Shown here: piece after piece, positions 32,399 to 47,400 of the stretch
How positions within the stretch are numbered: position 1 is the first letter of the stretch
Layout of the letters: each line of letters opens with the position of its first letter
DNA from: Dimorphilus gyrociliatus
Lineage: Eukaryota; Animalia; Annelida
Length of the DNA stretch: 64,000 nucleotides
Assembly (NCBI GenBank): GCA_904063045.1
Contig: CAJFCJ010000002.1
Location: 2,413,891-2,477,890 of the forward strand
Direction: 5' to 3'
The notes under the pieces: generated by a model
What the model was told of the DNA's origin: nothing
Seen by the model: only the letters and a program-made list of their open reading frames with translations
Database searches by the model: none
Position numbers and translations under genes: made by a program

Positions 32399-35300
32399 CT
32401 AGTAAGAAATACTTAGAGCCAAGATAAAGAGCAAACTAATAACACTTGTAGAAGGAGTGTGGTAATTAGATTTACTATCTTCCTGGTGTATTCTTCTTGG
32501 CCTATCTCTACTTATTTTGTCGTATGGTGGATTTTGCTGAGCTTTATCTTCCTTAACTTTTTCACTTCTCCTATTCGTCTCTTGAGGTTGATAGCAGCGA
32601 TCTATAGCTGTTTTAAATAAGGATAAAAAAAGAAGAAAAGTTTTTACTTAATAAATCAAAGGAGAAGATAGGGAAAATCCCCTGATAAGATAAAGTATAT
32701 TATCTTTAATCTAAACCAAACTAATACTTATTTAATACAGATTTATTATGTGTTGTGAAATACTGTTTTAGAATTTAAACCTTGTGCAACTCATTCTTTT
32801 CCTTAGAATTCTGTTGCAAAGTAAAGTTGAAATAACTTGACATTTTTTTGTCAATTATACTTAAAAAGAGAAAAGTAGGCTATTTCCTGCATAAATTCTT
32901 ACCTTTCCTGTTAGTTAGAAAAAAAGAGTTTGGTTTGAAGATGGTTGACGCACCGTAACTGCACCAAGACTCTCTTTCGAATTTTAAGCTATTTTTTGAG
33001 ATTTCCTGGAATGACTGGAAGTAAAAAAGTAATGTAATAACGTTAGAAATTGGGGTTATATACTATTAATCAGTAAGAGAATCGGAAAGGAGAGGGAGGA
33101 AAATACTTACATAGCAGTTGGCAATTTCTCCATCTAGACTCTTTGCTAAAACGTAGTGCTTACGACGAGCTTTCCAAGTGTAGACGCACTTTAGATTGGA
33201 AGCTTTAAACAAAATGTTAAAGGTTAAAGAATTAGAATTGTACAAATGTTTTTCTTTTTTTGTTTTTTCAACTATAAAATCCCTTACTTATTGACCCAAA
33301 GCATTCATTATCGATTTCCATACGATCGGGAGCGCTACAACCTATTCGAAATGTTCCAGAGCAAATACCTTTACCGTTTAAAGTTGCACTATATTTTCCC
33401 ATGAACGGACAAATTACGTTATGGTCTTCGTCATCAGCTGTAAGGAAATGAAATTCTCAATTAAATGTAAATGTTAACCTATTTATGTGTGGTCTTTGCA
33501 TTCGTATTAGCAGTTTATATTTACATTCTTGATATGTTTACTATATACAACATGCTTATCATATATATTAAAAAACGACGCTTCTACTCGATTCGTTTCG
33601 CTGACTAATACAGTTTAGATGAGTTACGCGCTACAAGGGTAAACTAAGTCAGGGGTATCCAGATGAAAAGAATTATCGAAATTATTTGACTATATGAGCT
33701 TTTCTTCATCTAAAACTTTTTAACAACATCAAACTAGTTAATTAACGAAATCTAATTACCGTATATTATAGATTTTTCATAATTTTTCAACTCCCTTGGT
33801 CGACATCGTAAACGCGGATCGTTGCTTTTTTCGGAGAAATCGATTTCGATCAATTTTTCTTGCTTCTTCATGAAGCGAATACACTGGAACGTTGAATCGC
33901 TACAATAAATAAAAGTAAATTGTTTAAACATAGAGCGTTGTTTCTTTCGTCCTACTTGAGTGGTTATATATAATATATTATACAAAATTGAATGTTTAGA
34001 TTATCCTATTCAAATGTTCCTTTCTCAGAATTCCCTGCATATAGATGGCGACACGTATGAAGATTATTTGAATCCTTTGTTTTTCTTTACTCATAGTGTA
34101 TCTATTTTAAACCCTTTGTTTTATAACTTACCATCCTTGTTTTACGTAGAAGAGAGCAATGAATTTCCGATGGCGGTGGGCTGTCTCCTCTGATCGAATA
34201 CAACTCGCCCGGAAGTCAGTTTGTCCGTTTAAATCCTTTATAGCCAGCTGTTTTAGGCTGCTGAAATCGTATATTTCGTTTCCGGCTATAGTACGGAAGA
34301 AGCGGCTGTCGGTTATCCAGTTCGGAAATGCACAAGAGGCCGGTAGTTCTTCTTTCGAAAAATCTGGTCGAGTGGGGAGGAGAGAAGAGCACAAAGATAA
34401 AAACGAGATAATCAATTTCTCAGATATATTAGAGTATCTTAACAGTAGCATTTCTTGGTAAGGAAACACCCTAAGGCTGTGAACTAAATCCTCTAATAAC
34501 AAGTTCAATCACACCTTTTCCTAAATCTCTAAAGTGAAACTTCGGGGATAATAGATTTAGATATATTCATAAAAAGCGAGTGGCACCTATAATCTCCTCT
34601 TTTCTTCTTATTGACAAATAAAAGGTTGATTTGAAGTGAAAGAAACATAATTGCTTATATTCAATTTATATTCATGTTACCGAAGATAAGGTTCAAAAAG
34701 TTCAATTACTCATTTTTTCCTTATTATTGTTTCTGAGTTTGTCAGTGTACTTTCTCATCAAGGTTAAAGGATTGTTAATCCTTTTGTGCCCCCTTTCTCG
34801 TTTTATTATTATTGTTCGTTTGGGGCTATGTCTTTATAGTCGGAAAATTCCCTTTTAATCTCATTTTTACTAATTCCCCTGGAACAAATCAAGAACTAAT
34901 AAAGTTCCTGTTATTCCCTTCAGTATTTGTCAAGCCTTTTGAAAAACAAAATTAATAAGTTCCGGTGAAAAAATTCTGCTACCAGAGAAGTTTGGTGCAA
35001 ATTAGGTACAATCAATTTATTTCTCGAAGGGAAGAATGTAAACTTCTTCATAAATATGGATTTTTTTCCCGTCATAGATACGATACGAATAGCGCTAATC
35101 GTTACAATGCTTAAGAAGGCTTTAATAGGGCTTCTGAACATATCGTTAGATGGCAATGTGGGTTTATATTAAGCTTTGTTCTCTATAAAACATATCGGTA
35201 GTTGATGGCTAAACGATGAAATGAAAGGGTGGAGTAGTTTATGCATCAAATAGGCTAAAGGGTAACGCGTTTAAATGGTGCTTCCTCATCAAAGGAACGC

Positions 35301-38300
35301 TACTAAATTAACATAATGAGTATAAACCATTCCATTATACCTCTAGTCATTTGTATCTTTAAAGGGCCATTCTCTGGACTCCTTAAACCCCAGCATGTAC
35401 CGTCAGGTGTCATTGTAACATAATAGTTATTTCCTGCTCTACGATACATCTGCAAAAAAAAAATACAGAAACAAGTGAACTAATTATGCTGAATAAACGT
35501 TTTTTTTGTGGGAAATGGTAAAATAACGTCTTATCAACGAACCATACAACGATAAATGTCCCGATAAGGTCCAAACGGCTCCCGATTAACGATCGCTCCG
35601 TATAAATAATCGTGACCATTCCTCCACTCGGCTAGGCAGAGTATGTCGAAATCTGGAATTATATCGGCCTATATATGACGTTGGATGAACAAAAGATGAA
35701 GACGGATCGCAAAGAATTCGCTTATCTGTAGCTCGCTGACTTTCTAATAGGATTTGCATTTGCGCTCCGTTCACTCTACTATTTATCAAAGTCTTCTCTG
35801 TCTTGTATATGTATCTGGAATCATCTAACCTTCTTTTTTCCCTATTACTCTTATTAATAAAAGATAAAGCATTTCAATCATTGTTCGTAAGGCTACATGG
35901 AAATAGAGGAGAGGAAAAGGGATAAAGGCGCATCTTTCAATTAATCCCTGCCTTAATACTTCTCATTGTTTATAATGTCGCATAAATTTGGTTAAATTAT
36001 GCAAACTTTTCATTGTTGCTAATCCAAGATTTTCTATGTTTAGTAGTTTTCTTGATATAAATTACCATTTTTCTTTTTCTTTTTAAATAGATTATATATA
36101 ACATTTGCTTCGTTATAACCTCTTCCATTATTTCTACTATTTTTCTTAGCTTTTCATTTAGCTCACGTATAACATTTCTTTGTAGCTTAAAAAGAACTTC
36201 TAAAGGGATCACGTAATGAAAATAACCACGGCGCATGTATGGATTTCCTTTAAACAGACTTGGTATTAAATAGGCTATAAATGTTCATAGAATGCATATA
36301 ATTTACATTAATGTATACTTTAAGTCAATTAATTGCATTACTTTCGAATGGAAAAATATCGAATATAATTATTTCATAAATCATTTTTTTCGCCAATATA
36401 TTTCTAATATTTTCCTTCTAGAATATTTTATAACCAACTTCTTTTCAAAATTGTATAGCAGAAGAAATTGCACTGGTATGATATCGCTCTAGTACAGCAT
36501 AAGGAAGGAACATAGCTCGACAAGATAATCAATCAAAAGGCCTATTAATAAAACACGTCAACGGTCGTTTCCTACGATGTGAGAAAAACCCGTTTGCCAA
36601 ATGATGAATTATACAGGGCGGGCGAGAAAAAAATTCCAAACCAAAATTTATGGCGATTAGAGTAAATAGGCGGCGATGTAATAAAAAGAGAAAAAAGGGA
36701 GAAATGATAGAAAGAAAAAGAAGTGATTGAAATGAAGGAAAACATTAGAAAAATAAAAAAGCTCGCGATTTTCGTTCATTAGCAACCCCTTTCTAGTCAA
36801 TACATTGCATTAGAGACGGTCGGCGCCTCCAATAAGCCTGTATCAATATTACGTGGATGGGGAGCGAATGTAGGCCTATAACTCGCTAAATTATAAGTCT
36901 AACACTCTAATTATCCTATAAGGCGATGCCTATGGGTAAAACAAACAAATGACGCCCTACTGCCCGATCGATGCATTTTGGCGTCAAATTTTTTGCAGTC
37001 TACTGTTTTCAGTCGATAGACACACCATATATACTGCAATTGGCAGCGCATACTTGAACGAGCAAAGTACTGTATGGGAAAAGAAATCCTTTTTCCGATA
37101 AAATTTATGTAAATAGGCCTGGGAAACGCATTTTGCCTACTCATCTCCTCCCAATCATCTGAATAAAAAAGGAAAATGGTTTTCTCTTATTTTGAAAGGA
37201 ATAGAAGAAAAGGGAAGGGAGAGGTGGAAGGTGGAACGGGTTTAAACACAAAGGGACGGTCGATAAAGATTTAGCGTTGTAAATAAATAAATAAACGGCG
37301 TGCTGCGAATAAATCCACCACTCGAAAACTACAGTTTGATTAGAATCGTCTTTTGTGAGCTCTCAAAACGGCTGTTTAATCAAGTTAAAAAGGCAAAAGG
37401 GAGGTACTTCACCAAGGGAACACCTTTTTACTGCTTTTTTTTTATATAAAAACAGAATTATGCAATTTTAACAAATTATTCTAAACCCTATTTGACATCT
37501 CGGTATTAGATTTCAACCTTTCAATCGTCTTTGAACCTACTTTGGCTAAATTTAATTAGATTATTGAAAGGGATTTATTAATAAATATTCCCATACTAAA
37601 AGCCACTTATAAATATAAAAACAACCCACATCAAAAGGTGTTAGGGGCTTATAAATCTTTTCACCCAAACTAATTAGGCAATGAAGAAGGAGTATAGGGA
37701 AAATTTGAAGGTCGTTTAACCCTTTAAGGAAAAGGTCGAGACGTCTTAAAGAAGAACTCCAAACAGTCGATAGAAGATTTGCTCTACGCAATTCATGTTT
37801 ATACAAACATTGTTTGCCGGTCCGTTAAGAAATTTCCATACACAAAAATCGCCGACTAAAACGTAATTTACTATTGATAGTAGTTTGGCGTTCGAAAGCG
37901 AAATGAAATTCTGTATTTGCAAAGTAAATTCATTTCGAAACCCTCTCCTCTTTCAACTTCTCTATTTCTATTCTAAACTTTTCTTTATTCTTTTTTTTTT
38001 TAAAAAAAAAACCTCAACTCGCCCCTCTTATCCCCCCGAAAACAACAAGCTTATTCTTTGTACTTGTTAGAAGCGAAAGCAATACGAACCTTGATCGAAT
38101 GTGTAAGCAAAATCTCCTGGACAAAACCTAAACGAAAATCTATATTTCGAATCGCTGGCGCAATTATGACCATTGCTCGGAGGAGATTTACACCAGCCGC
38201 CGCTTTGGTTGTTGTACTTGAAATGGAAGGCGTCATTAAAGGGACATTTTATTGGTTGAGCGTTTTCTGCGTAGGGTAATGAAAAAAAGTGGAACAGCTA

Positions 38301-38463
38301 ATTATTATTTACGCTCCAGATATAATTAGGACGAATATTGGATCAAAAGTATACTTTAATACCAACTAATAGTCGGTATAATTCCGATAATTTTGCTGCC
38401 AAATTTAATCACTTAGAATCGCTTTCTTTATATTCCCCTTCATTCCCTGCATCTATCTATATA

Positions 38464-38494
<31 letters not shown>

Positions 38495-41400
38495 TCTATC
38501 CTATTTGTATTCTCTATTTTCCAATTTTTAAGTTTCTCAGTATACGTAAGACACTAAAAAGTAGTTAGCGTTTATTTCTGCTCTTGCTATGAAATGATTG
38601 TGAAATTTATTAATGATTAGTTTCGCAAAGGGGGATAGCTTAGAGAAATTGAGAATGAAAATGGTAAAAAGGTACTAGCAATAAACTGCAATACTGTTAT
38701 AATACTCTGCTATATCCGATCTATTAATACTGATGAATTTTAATGGGATTCCAGCAGCAACAAAAATATTTTTAGCGTCTCAAATTGCATACTTTTCAAC
38801 CAAAAGAATTAATAAAAGGTTTTTTACTAATATTTGAATATAGCTGTTGGTACTTACCTCTTACAAGAGTATTAAACTCTGTAAAATCAAAAGAGCAGAG
38901 ACGATCGAATGAGTCCCTCGGTTGGCAATAACCTGGAAAAATTACGGAATTATGGATGTAATAATTGCGTCATGCATGATAAGCTATTTAGCCGAGCATA
39001 AAGAGATAAATGCGACGCTTTTTCGTTGATGATGGACGAGCGTCCTTGTTCACCCCTAAACCTTTTTCTCTCGCTAACCTGAACTTTGTAAGTTTGGGGA
39101 ACAGGAATAGAATATTATAGGAAAAGTTTATCGAATTATCAACCTTTTTCTTTTCAATCACTTATGCAAATATACAACAGCTGTATATGTAAAAGTACTA
39201 CCTGGACTGAATTGAAGCTCAGGACCCCTTTTTCCTACTATAAAACATTATCCTTAGGCCATCAATCTATTTCTTTCTAACTGCCTTTGCCCTTGGTTTC
39301 GATCACACAATTTGTAATTAGTTATAGGGTCATATTGGCAGCCACAAAGTTGATTAGGGATTAATAAATAACTTTTCTTAGTATTTGTTTTAATTCGCTC
39401 GTGTAAATACTCTATAGTTATATTTTCATTTCTAAAAATCCCAGGGGAATGGCAAACGTTTTTAGGAAGCAAGTCGACAACAAACTGATTCTCAACTATT
39501 CCCTGGGGAACACCTGGACTGTTAGATTTATTTTCTTTGTTACAGAGGTTAATAGAAGATGGCGTCGAGTTACTCGACGTCCAAGAGGAAGAAGAGCGAG
39601 AAGAAAAGATTTCGTATATCCCCAGAAATTGGGCGTTTTGTTGACTGTCAAGAACAATTTTCTCAAGGCAGCAACCGTTTCCGGCAATGGGCGCGTACGT
39701 TGGGATGTTGTCAGGGTTAAAGGTCAAATGGGGCGATCTAAGTGGGCTGGCTGAACGAATCGCTGGCTTTCTATGCAATTTGGCATTTAGTAGATGAGGC
39801 TCTTTCTCTTTTCTTTTTTGACCGATTGCCGTTCTCTATTACAGAGAGCAACCTTAGTCGTTATTTAGGCATTTTGGCAGTGTCACGTGACACAAAGGTC
39901 GCACATATCTCTTTTTTTCTTTTATAAACGACAGTTCACTGGTTCTTATTACATAAAAAGTGTAAACATTGTGTTTTTTCAAGGCGTGAGTGAGAAAAAA
40001 GAGAAATATTGGAAACGTTTCCGCTTTTCATAATTTCAATGGATAAGGACAATAGATTTGCGGGTGATTAGGAATTGAAAATAAAGGATAAAGATAAAAA
40101 TAATCACGTGATATTATTTTTTAATAAAGGAAAAATTTTCCATCAATACTCACTGACTCTATATTGAAGTATATTCCGGTGTCGTTCATAGAATTCGAAG
40201 CATTTATAACATTGTTCTTTACTGTGGAAATAAACATTACACAGCTAATTAATTTTTCTAAAATCATTCAACTTAATAAAGCACTGATTAATGAGTAATG
40301 GGAAGTTTTTTTTGGGCTTTTCAAGTTCAAAAACAGAGAGTTTGAATAACGCATGTTGAAAAGAAACTACTGTATTACTTTCCCGGTAACCGATAGATCT
40401 TGTACAATACTGTTATTAGGATACAGCTTATGTTTATAATATTGTATAGAAATTAAATAGGTGTATCGTTTACAATTTCAAATAATGGTTAAAATGTTGA
40501 TGTAATACTCAACCAACGATAGATTAATAATGTACTTCGTGTCTACAGATGCACTATATCATTAGACTAAGAGCATGTCTGTGATTCTATGTGCGCGGGT
40601 GGCGGTCAACGGGTGTATAAAATGTGATCTGAAATTATGTCATGCGAATAACGACGATGTCTGGCGGCGAATTACTTTGAAGTGATCAACACAATCGATT
40701 CTTCCAATACGAGAGTATGGGAAATGTTTTGTTTCGGAATCCTTCGGAAATGGAAAAAAACTGACCGGAACTAGCCGGTTATGGGCCCTGAAATTGAAGT
40801 ATTACTTAATTCATTTAAAGGATTGGGCTAGTTTGTATTAGAGAAGTTTTTTGCAACTTTTCATCCGACTTAATCTCGTTTGCACGCCGCGGGAGACGCT
40901 CTCTTGCCCATTTCTGTACTCCGTATCGAAGAATATAGAATTAATAAATTTTCCCAGTAGACGACGCCCCAATTATTGACGCCCATATATTTCCCCGATT
41001 ACGAAAAGCTTCTAACCCCAACTAATATTCTCGTGTTAAATGATGCCGATGAGGGATTATCTCCTATAAATTAGTCTCTACTCCTGTGGGAGCGTAAATT
41101 AAGATATCTTTAGGTGTACCTAATTTCCTTAGAATAAAATTTGAAACCAATACTCTTCATTAAACTGAGTATTCTTAAATCATAAAATAGATACGTCATG
41201 ATACTTTGAAATTTTTACAATAGCATTCTTGTATGAATCAGGTGTAGAAATTAAAAGGAAAATAGAAATCATTTATCTTTTGTTTCTTATTTGTCAGGAT
41301 AAATCTTTATAGACGTCTAATCGAGAGATGCAATTTACAGTAGATATATATTTACAGTATAAGCAATTTACATACCTATAAAAAACGATATATTTATCTC

Positions 41401-44400
41401 CTCTTGACTCAACGCAACGACCAGATTCTTCGCGGTTAATGACACTTCCGTCTATTCTTAAAGATTTCTTCTCAGTTTCTTTCCAATCACCATTCCAAAG
41501 AGTGGGAAAATAGCAGGAGCTATCTAAAATTCGAAAAAGAAAAACGAAATGACATTAATTCAGTTAATTTTTCTATCGAATAACGTCTAAGTCGGAACCG
41601 CTTCCGGTTTGTCATCTTCGCGGCGAGTATTTACTTAGCAAAATTAGACGCCCTGACCCCTTCGCGATATAATTGCGTTTTAGACTCCGCCGTCGAGATT
41701 GCGTGTTCCTCGCCTATCGGTTGCCAATCAATTGTCGGATTGCTTTGCCCTAATTATTTCCAATCGTGTAAGGGTAACTCCCTCCCAATATATTCATACA
41801 ATATGTATTAAGTATAGACTTTCCTTGTAACTTTTTACATGATTTGTATGTCTTATTCGTTAGCGTTAAATGGTTTTTAGTGACAAGAATTCTCTGAGTG
41901 CAGACAATTTTTATGCGATTTACCCGGAGCTTCCTTTTCCTTGGAGAGTAAACAAATTAATACGAAAGTTGATAAGGCGATAAAGGGAAGATCCGAAAAT
42001 CAAATAAACCCACCCTAATCAAGATTAAGTGTGTTTATTTACATAAAAGCCCGCCTCGCACGTGCGCATTCTGCAAAATACAATAATAAAATGGAAAAAA
42101 TTTTTTTGCTGTGGGAAAAATAACAAGGAAACGAGGAATATGATTGCGAACTAATAATCGGAAAAGAATCGATTGGGTTGTGGAAAAATCGACAAATTTT
42201 CGTTTCTATTGACGTCCCTTCTAGTTCAAACTTCGAATAGAACAACACACGTTTAGACGTCACTCCACAAAGCGTCTCTAACTCTTTATTATTATCTGAA
42301 CAATTGTAAGAGTATATATATATAAAGAACTTATGTATACACTGTACTTTTTCTAATCCTTGCACGTGTTGCATTTCTCACGACCCAAACCCGTCAAAGT
42401 TGTTGGGCTGAGCAAAAACAGGGCTAGCATTTTATGGCCATTAATCACCCTAATCCGTCTTTTCCGATCGAACATTTTCCTTCTTCCATAAGGTGGTACC
42501 GACTTTTTTTTAAATCCTAAACATACGGTTTCCTTAACGGAAGTTCGACATATTTTACGAAACTTAATAAGCAAAGACTTGAAAAAAGCTAGAGGTAACT
42601 TCAAACACTCGATAAAATGTAAGATGGTAATATTTTTTCCTTTGGCTAACTAGGTTTGTTCGGTGACATTTTCAGTTAAAAATCAAAGATGATCAGGTGA
42701 TAGAAATATTATAAGGAAAATAATCACAACCATCTCTCTACCGAGTTTGTGTTTATCAGCGAATCGAAGCTTTTAACCCACTTGAGGTATTGGAACGTCT
42801 ACTGGTGCTGGTTCTTGTAAAGAGAAAATGCAAGTAGGGAGAGAAAACATCCGTATCCGTATATTATGCATTAAACGGTTAATAAAATGAGATGAGATGG
42901 AAGGGAGCAAAATAATCTAGGAAAGGAGCAGAGCGTAAGAGAGTAAGAGGGAGAGAGACAGGCAGACAGACAGATAGACACACACACATATACAGAAGAG
43001 TGAATGAGCGAGAGATAGGGAGAAGGGACATTGATATATTCTCATCTATAAATACTATATTGCCTAGCTACACTCTAAACCCTGATCGTATTCTTCGTAT
43101 TGCTGTCTATTTAATCTAGATAGTGGACTTACTAGTTCATTTCACAAATGTTCCTTTTTCGGTTCATTGCAATCGAGCATGGTTCATTTCGTAAGAATCT
43201 ATACAACTTGCCTGCTGCAAAGCTAGATGTTACAGCTTTCTGTTATTATTCACAAATACCTTATAATTAGAGAAACGTGTACTCGAGTGCATATTTAAAT
43301 AATTTTCTATATTTTTAATAAATTAGATATTCATAACTATTACTAATTGAATATGCTTATTCTTTTATTTACTTAATGTAACATTTTCCCCTCAAATGTA
43401 ACATCATTAACTTAAATGATTAAATGTATATTCCATAAATGATGAGAGGAATAAACGTAAATTTTTTTTTTACTCTTTGTAACATACCTTGTTTAGCATA
43501 TAAGCAAACGAGCTAGTTTTTGTTACTTTTATCATAGAATGAGAACAAGAAAAGAGAATAACTAGAGAGAATAAGAGGCAAAAACAAGAGCTGGTGGGGA
43601 GAGAAAAAAGAAAGGGAGAGGTGGAGAGTGGTATGTAGGCCTAAGCTTATGTCAGCAGTGTCAAAAAAGCGTTACGAGGCGTTTAAAAGTATCGCCAGTA
43701 GCGACAATCTATAAATAGCGTAATATAAAATACATTCGATACCGTTATGTAATGTAATCCGCTTAAGAAACTCATAAGAATGAAATATACCAGGGATTTC
43801 TCAGTATTAATTAAATAAGCGACCGTGAAAAACTACTGTCCAGTCGGCACGCGTCTTTCGTTTGATCATTTCTTCACTGCAGTTCGGGACGCAGGTGTGA
43901 AAAAAACGCTCGTTTAGGGCGTCACTTTTCTAGATTTTTATATCCAATTTGTCGACTGAAAATATTTTCTCAATCTCGTCTATTTTTCGTTTTTCTTATC
44001 GTTGTTAGTGAAATTTGAATAAAGCAATTTTACAATTTTACCTTTTGCCAGCTTTCAACAGCTGGAATCATTTTGCGGCATGTTATCGCCGTTTGGATAT
44101 CGTTGCTGATATATGCAGTATATTTGCAGTTTTGGATATGAATAGGCCGACATCGAGCAGGGTTGGAAGAGGACAAAAGATTGGGAGCAGTGTTATGTAC
44201 GGAAATTAATACTCATGAATTATTCAGATTTTTTTGTGCCAGCGGGACGATTTGATTAGGATTGTTGGTATTGTTGAAAGTAGGCCTATTAGATCAGCGG
44301 CGAAATTGGCTTAAGCGACGATTCGCAAGGGAAAGAGCTAGCCTTTCCAGGATGGCATTTTAGTTTGTAGAGCTACAGTTATTATTTATTAGGGTTATTT

Positions 44401-47400
44401 ATGGGGGGTAGTTAACGTCGAAGGTGTCGTAGCTTTTAACGTTTTCTGTCATTTTTAACGAGGTAGTCAATTTAATCATATAGATTTTACAATAATGTAA
44501 GAATATGTTTTGCTTCTCTTTCTTGTGAGATTTTCCACTATCATTAAACCTATACATTTCTCTAATTTTATGTTTCTTTCTTCTAAAGTCTATCTCTCTT
44601 TATTCTTTTTTAGAGCGTCATTGACTCTAATCGATTATTACTTTCCTTCTATATAATCTATTGAAAATTATTTTCAACCTTCTCATTATGGGAAGGTTAC
44701 CTAGTTGATCTTTTGTTTTCAACACTAATCTTTTATAGAACTTTGAAACTTTGGCTTATAGTTTTAAAAAAATGAAGAAGTTTTACCAGTATTTTTGCGT
44801 TATTATTGTTGTTGTCGGTTTTTTAAAGTTAGTAAATTACCTAAACAAATTACAAAGAACCGGTAATTAAGAACGATTGTAAAGCCCTTATACGTTTTAG
44901 TAAGTATTTAATTAAAATTCAAAATGAATAGCACTAGCTATCGACGCGAATGGGTAATATAATGGGGAATGTATAAATAAATAAACGAGTGTCTATACGC
45001 AATTAAGGTTTTCCGCTCAATTTGGCCTAGGCAAGGAAATACATAAGAGAAAGTAAAGCAAAAGCGACAAGACTATTTTCGGTGCTAAAAGGCATAGGTC
45101 AAGGGTAAGACAGGAGGTTACGTACCCAAAAATAAATTACATAAATTATTCCAACTAACGCGTATATATAATTAAGAAAATGACGTGACTATATAAAAGC
45201 GACCATTATGAGCCCGGCCGTGATATCGCGTGACAGACTATATTTAATTGAAATATTCACGATTACCGCTAAAAACAACGGCGAATGCGTATGTATCGCA
45301 CGGACGAGCAGAGTCTTTCTTTTCAGTTATTCGGCTTCCCTCTATAAATCACGATTCCCTCTTCTTTTACTCACTTTTTTATCATGTGAAAGGGAAAAAA
45401 TGGCAACAGAATCTCCTGCTATATTTCCTTAAACAGTTGGAAGATCCGGATAATAAATAATAATTGGCGTTCATTAATCACGTGATCGTCGATGCGTAGG
45501 GCGCGTGCACGTGTCACGTTTTTTTTCTCTCTCCCCTCTGTATATGCCGTGCCCTTAATTAACGCTTTACCGATTTTTTCAACAATTTATACCGGGAGAA
45601 TGGGAGAATTGAGAGAAACGCAGGGGGAAACAGGCATTAAAGCGAACAAGGGGAAAAAGTGGGATGGAAGAATGTATACCGTGAAAGGGATAGGAAGATT
45701 TTCGCTAGCCGAATCGATACGGAATTTTTACGTAATCCTAAAGTCGGGAGCGGATAACATTTCGTGTTCGAATAAATGAATTTTCTACGTTGTATTCCTT
45801 CCGATCGAAATCGTTCTTACATTATTCAAGCTATTCGTTTTTCCGTCAATTTTACGCCAGTTAAATGTCAATCGTTACACAACAATCAACCTTCTAGCCC
45901 ATGCCTATAGGTTAGATTGAAAGCTTATATACGTCAAAAAAACAAACTCCGGGCTATCCCTTATCCGATAACAGATAACCATTAAGTACCAGTTAGGGTT
46001 ATATTTTTCTTTATCGAATAGTTAGGCCTACGTATGTACTAACTCGGCGTATATATGACTTTAGCAAATATTTGATTATTTACTCACTTTACAGAAAGAA
46101 ATTTGAAACGGCGGTTGTAAATTATACAAAGCCTACAAAAGTGAAAGAATGTTTAAAAGCGACTAGAGCAAATATTAAGATAACAACCGTATATAACCGA
46201 TAAATATATAATATAGATATTTAATATATAAATTACGTCTTGTATCGAAAAGTTGAAAGAACTTTTTCTCTATTGTCTATTCTTATTCTTTTACTTTTTT
46301 TCCTTTTTAAAGTTTCTTTCTATATCTCTCTATGAGTACTTCCTTTTCTGTTCTCGTTTAATGAAACATTGTCTCTCTTTCATTTTTTATAGAAAACTTT
46401 AAAAAACGGAAAATTTACATTAAATATAAATTATATAGATTATTATTCATGTAACAAAAGATTGAATATAATTCGCTCACAGATGGTCAGCGAAGAAAGT
46501 AGCCGTATTAGGCACAAAGGCGTCGAATCGGTCGATTGTCGTCGAATCTTTTGAATCGTAGCTCGTTAATTGTATTTGCTTGTCGGGACGAAATTTGAGA
46601 TGATTTTCCATTTTCAAACGGGTTTTAACTAACGTTTTTGTAAGCTTAGTAATTTTAGATGAGAAAAAAAAATATTGACAACTTTATTTCGGCGATGCTA
46701 ATTTTCTCAGACTTCCGCTGTAGTCGGGCTTTATCGATTCCGCTTTTTTTTAATTACATGAAGAGTTGGATGAATATAGGCTTGTTAGAATATTGCGCAA
46801 TCGATAGCAGTCTTGATTAAAACGTTATTTTTTCTCCCTTTATCGCCCTGCCGAATGTTTACTTTGGGTATAATGTACACACTACTGTCCAAACTCCGAT
46901 AATCCTCGATAAAAATCTCCCCTACTATATAAGCATTGTCCGAAATAATTATTGTGGTAAAAATAAAATCAGGGAGCTAGTCGATTGCCCCATTAAGGAA
47001 GGGGAGGTTGTAATTTCGTTAGCTATTGCGCAACTCTCATGGGAACGTTCAATTGGGATATTTCGAACGACGAAGGCGGTTTGTTTCTGGTAAATTCTTT
47101 CAGCTTATCTACAGGAGTCGAACGTTCGACGAGGCGTGAAAAAAGGCGTTAGTGTAAATATTTCGAAACGGTTTAATGGACCATACGCATGCGCAATACA
47201 GAATAAACATATAAACTTATGTAGTTTGCAGGATCTATAGGAATTTTTTTACGATGTGTTTTATTACGTACAAACTAGCGTAAAGGTTATAGTCTACTGC
47301 AAAACAGTAGCTGCAACATTCACCTGATTTTTTTACAAGCATTATCTCTAACAAACTCAAAGAGTACAAAAAGTAAAAGAAAACGGAAAAGGAGGAAACC

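Noticed and set aside
35586-35789. 67-aa minus ORF that first looked like a frameshifted exon of the 13-exon gene
   Set aside because: The exon at 38266-38090 splices in phase 1 directly to the acceptor at 35653, so no frameshift is needed and this ORF is intronic.
40498-40511. 14-nt match to the 5' end of miR-12 (TGAGTATTACATCA on the minus strand)
   Set aside because: The match stops at 14 nt and there is no complementary arm to form a pre-miRNA hairpin; likely chance.
44060-44215. Minus-strand ~57-codon frame ending at a GTAAAA donor
   Set aside because: Phase 0 does not fit the host gene, there is no good acceptor or start, and no motif.
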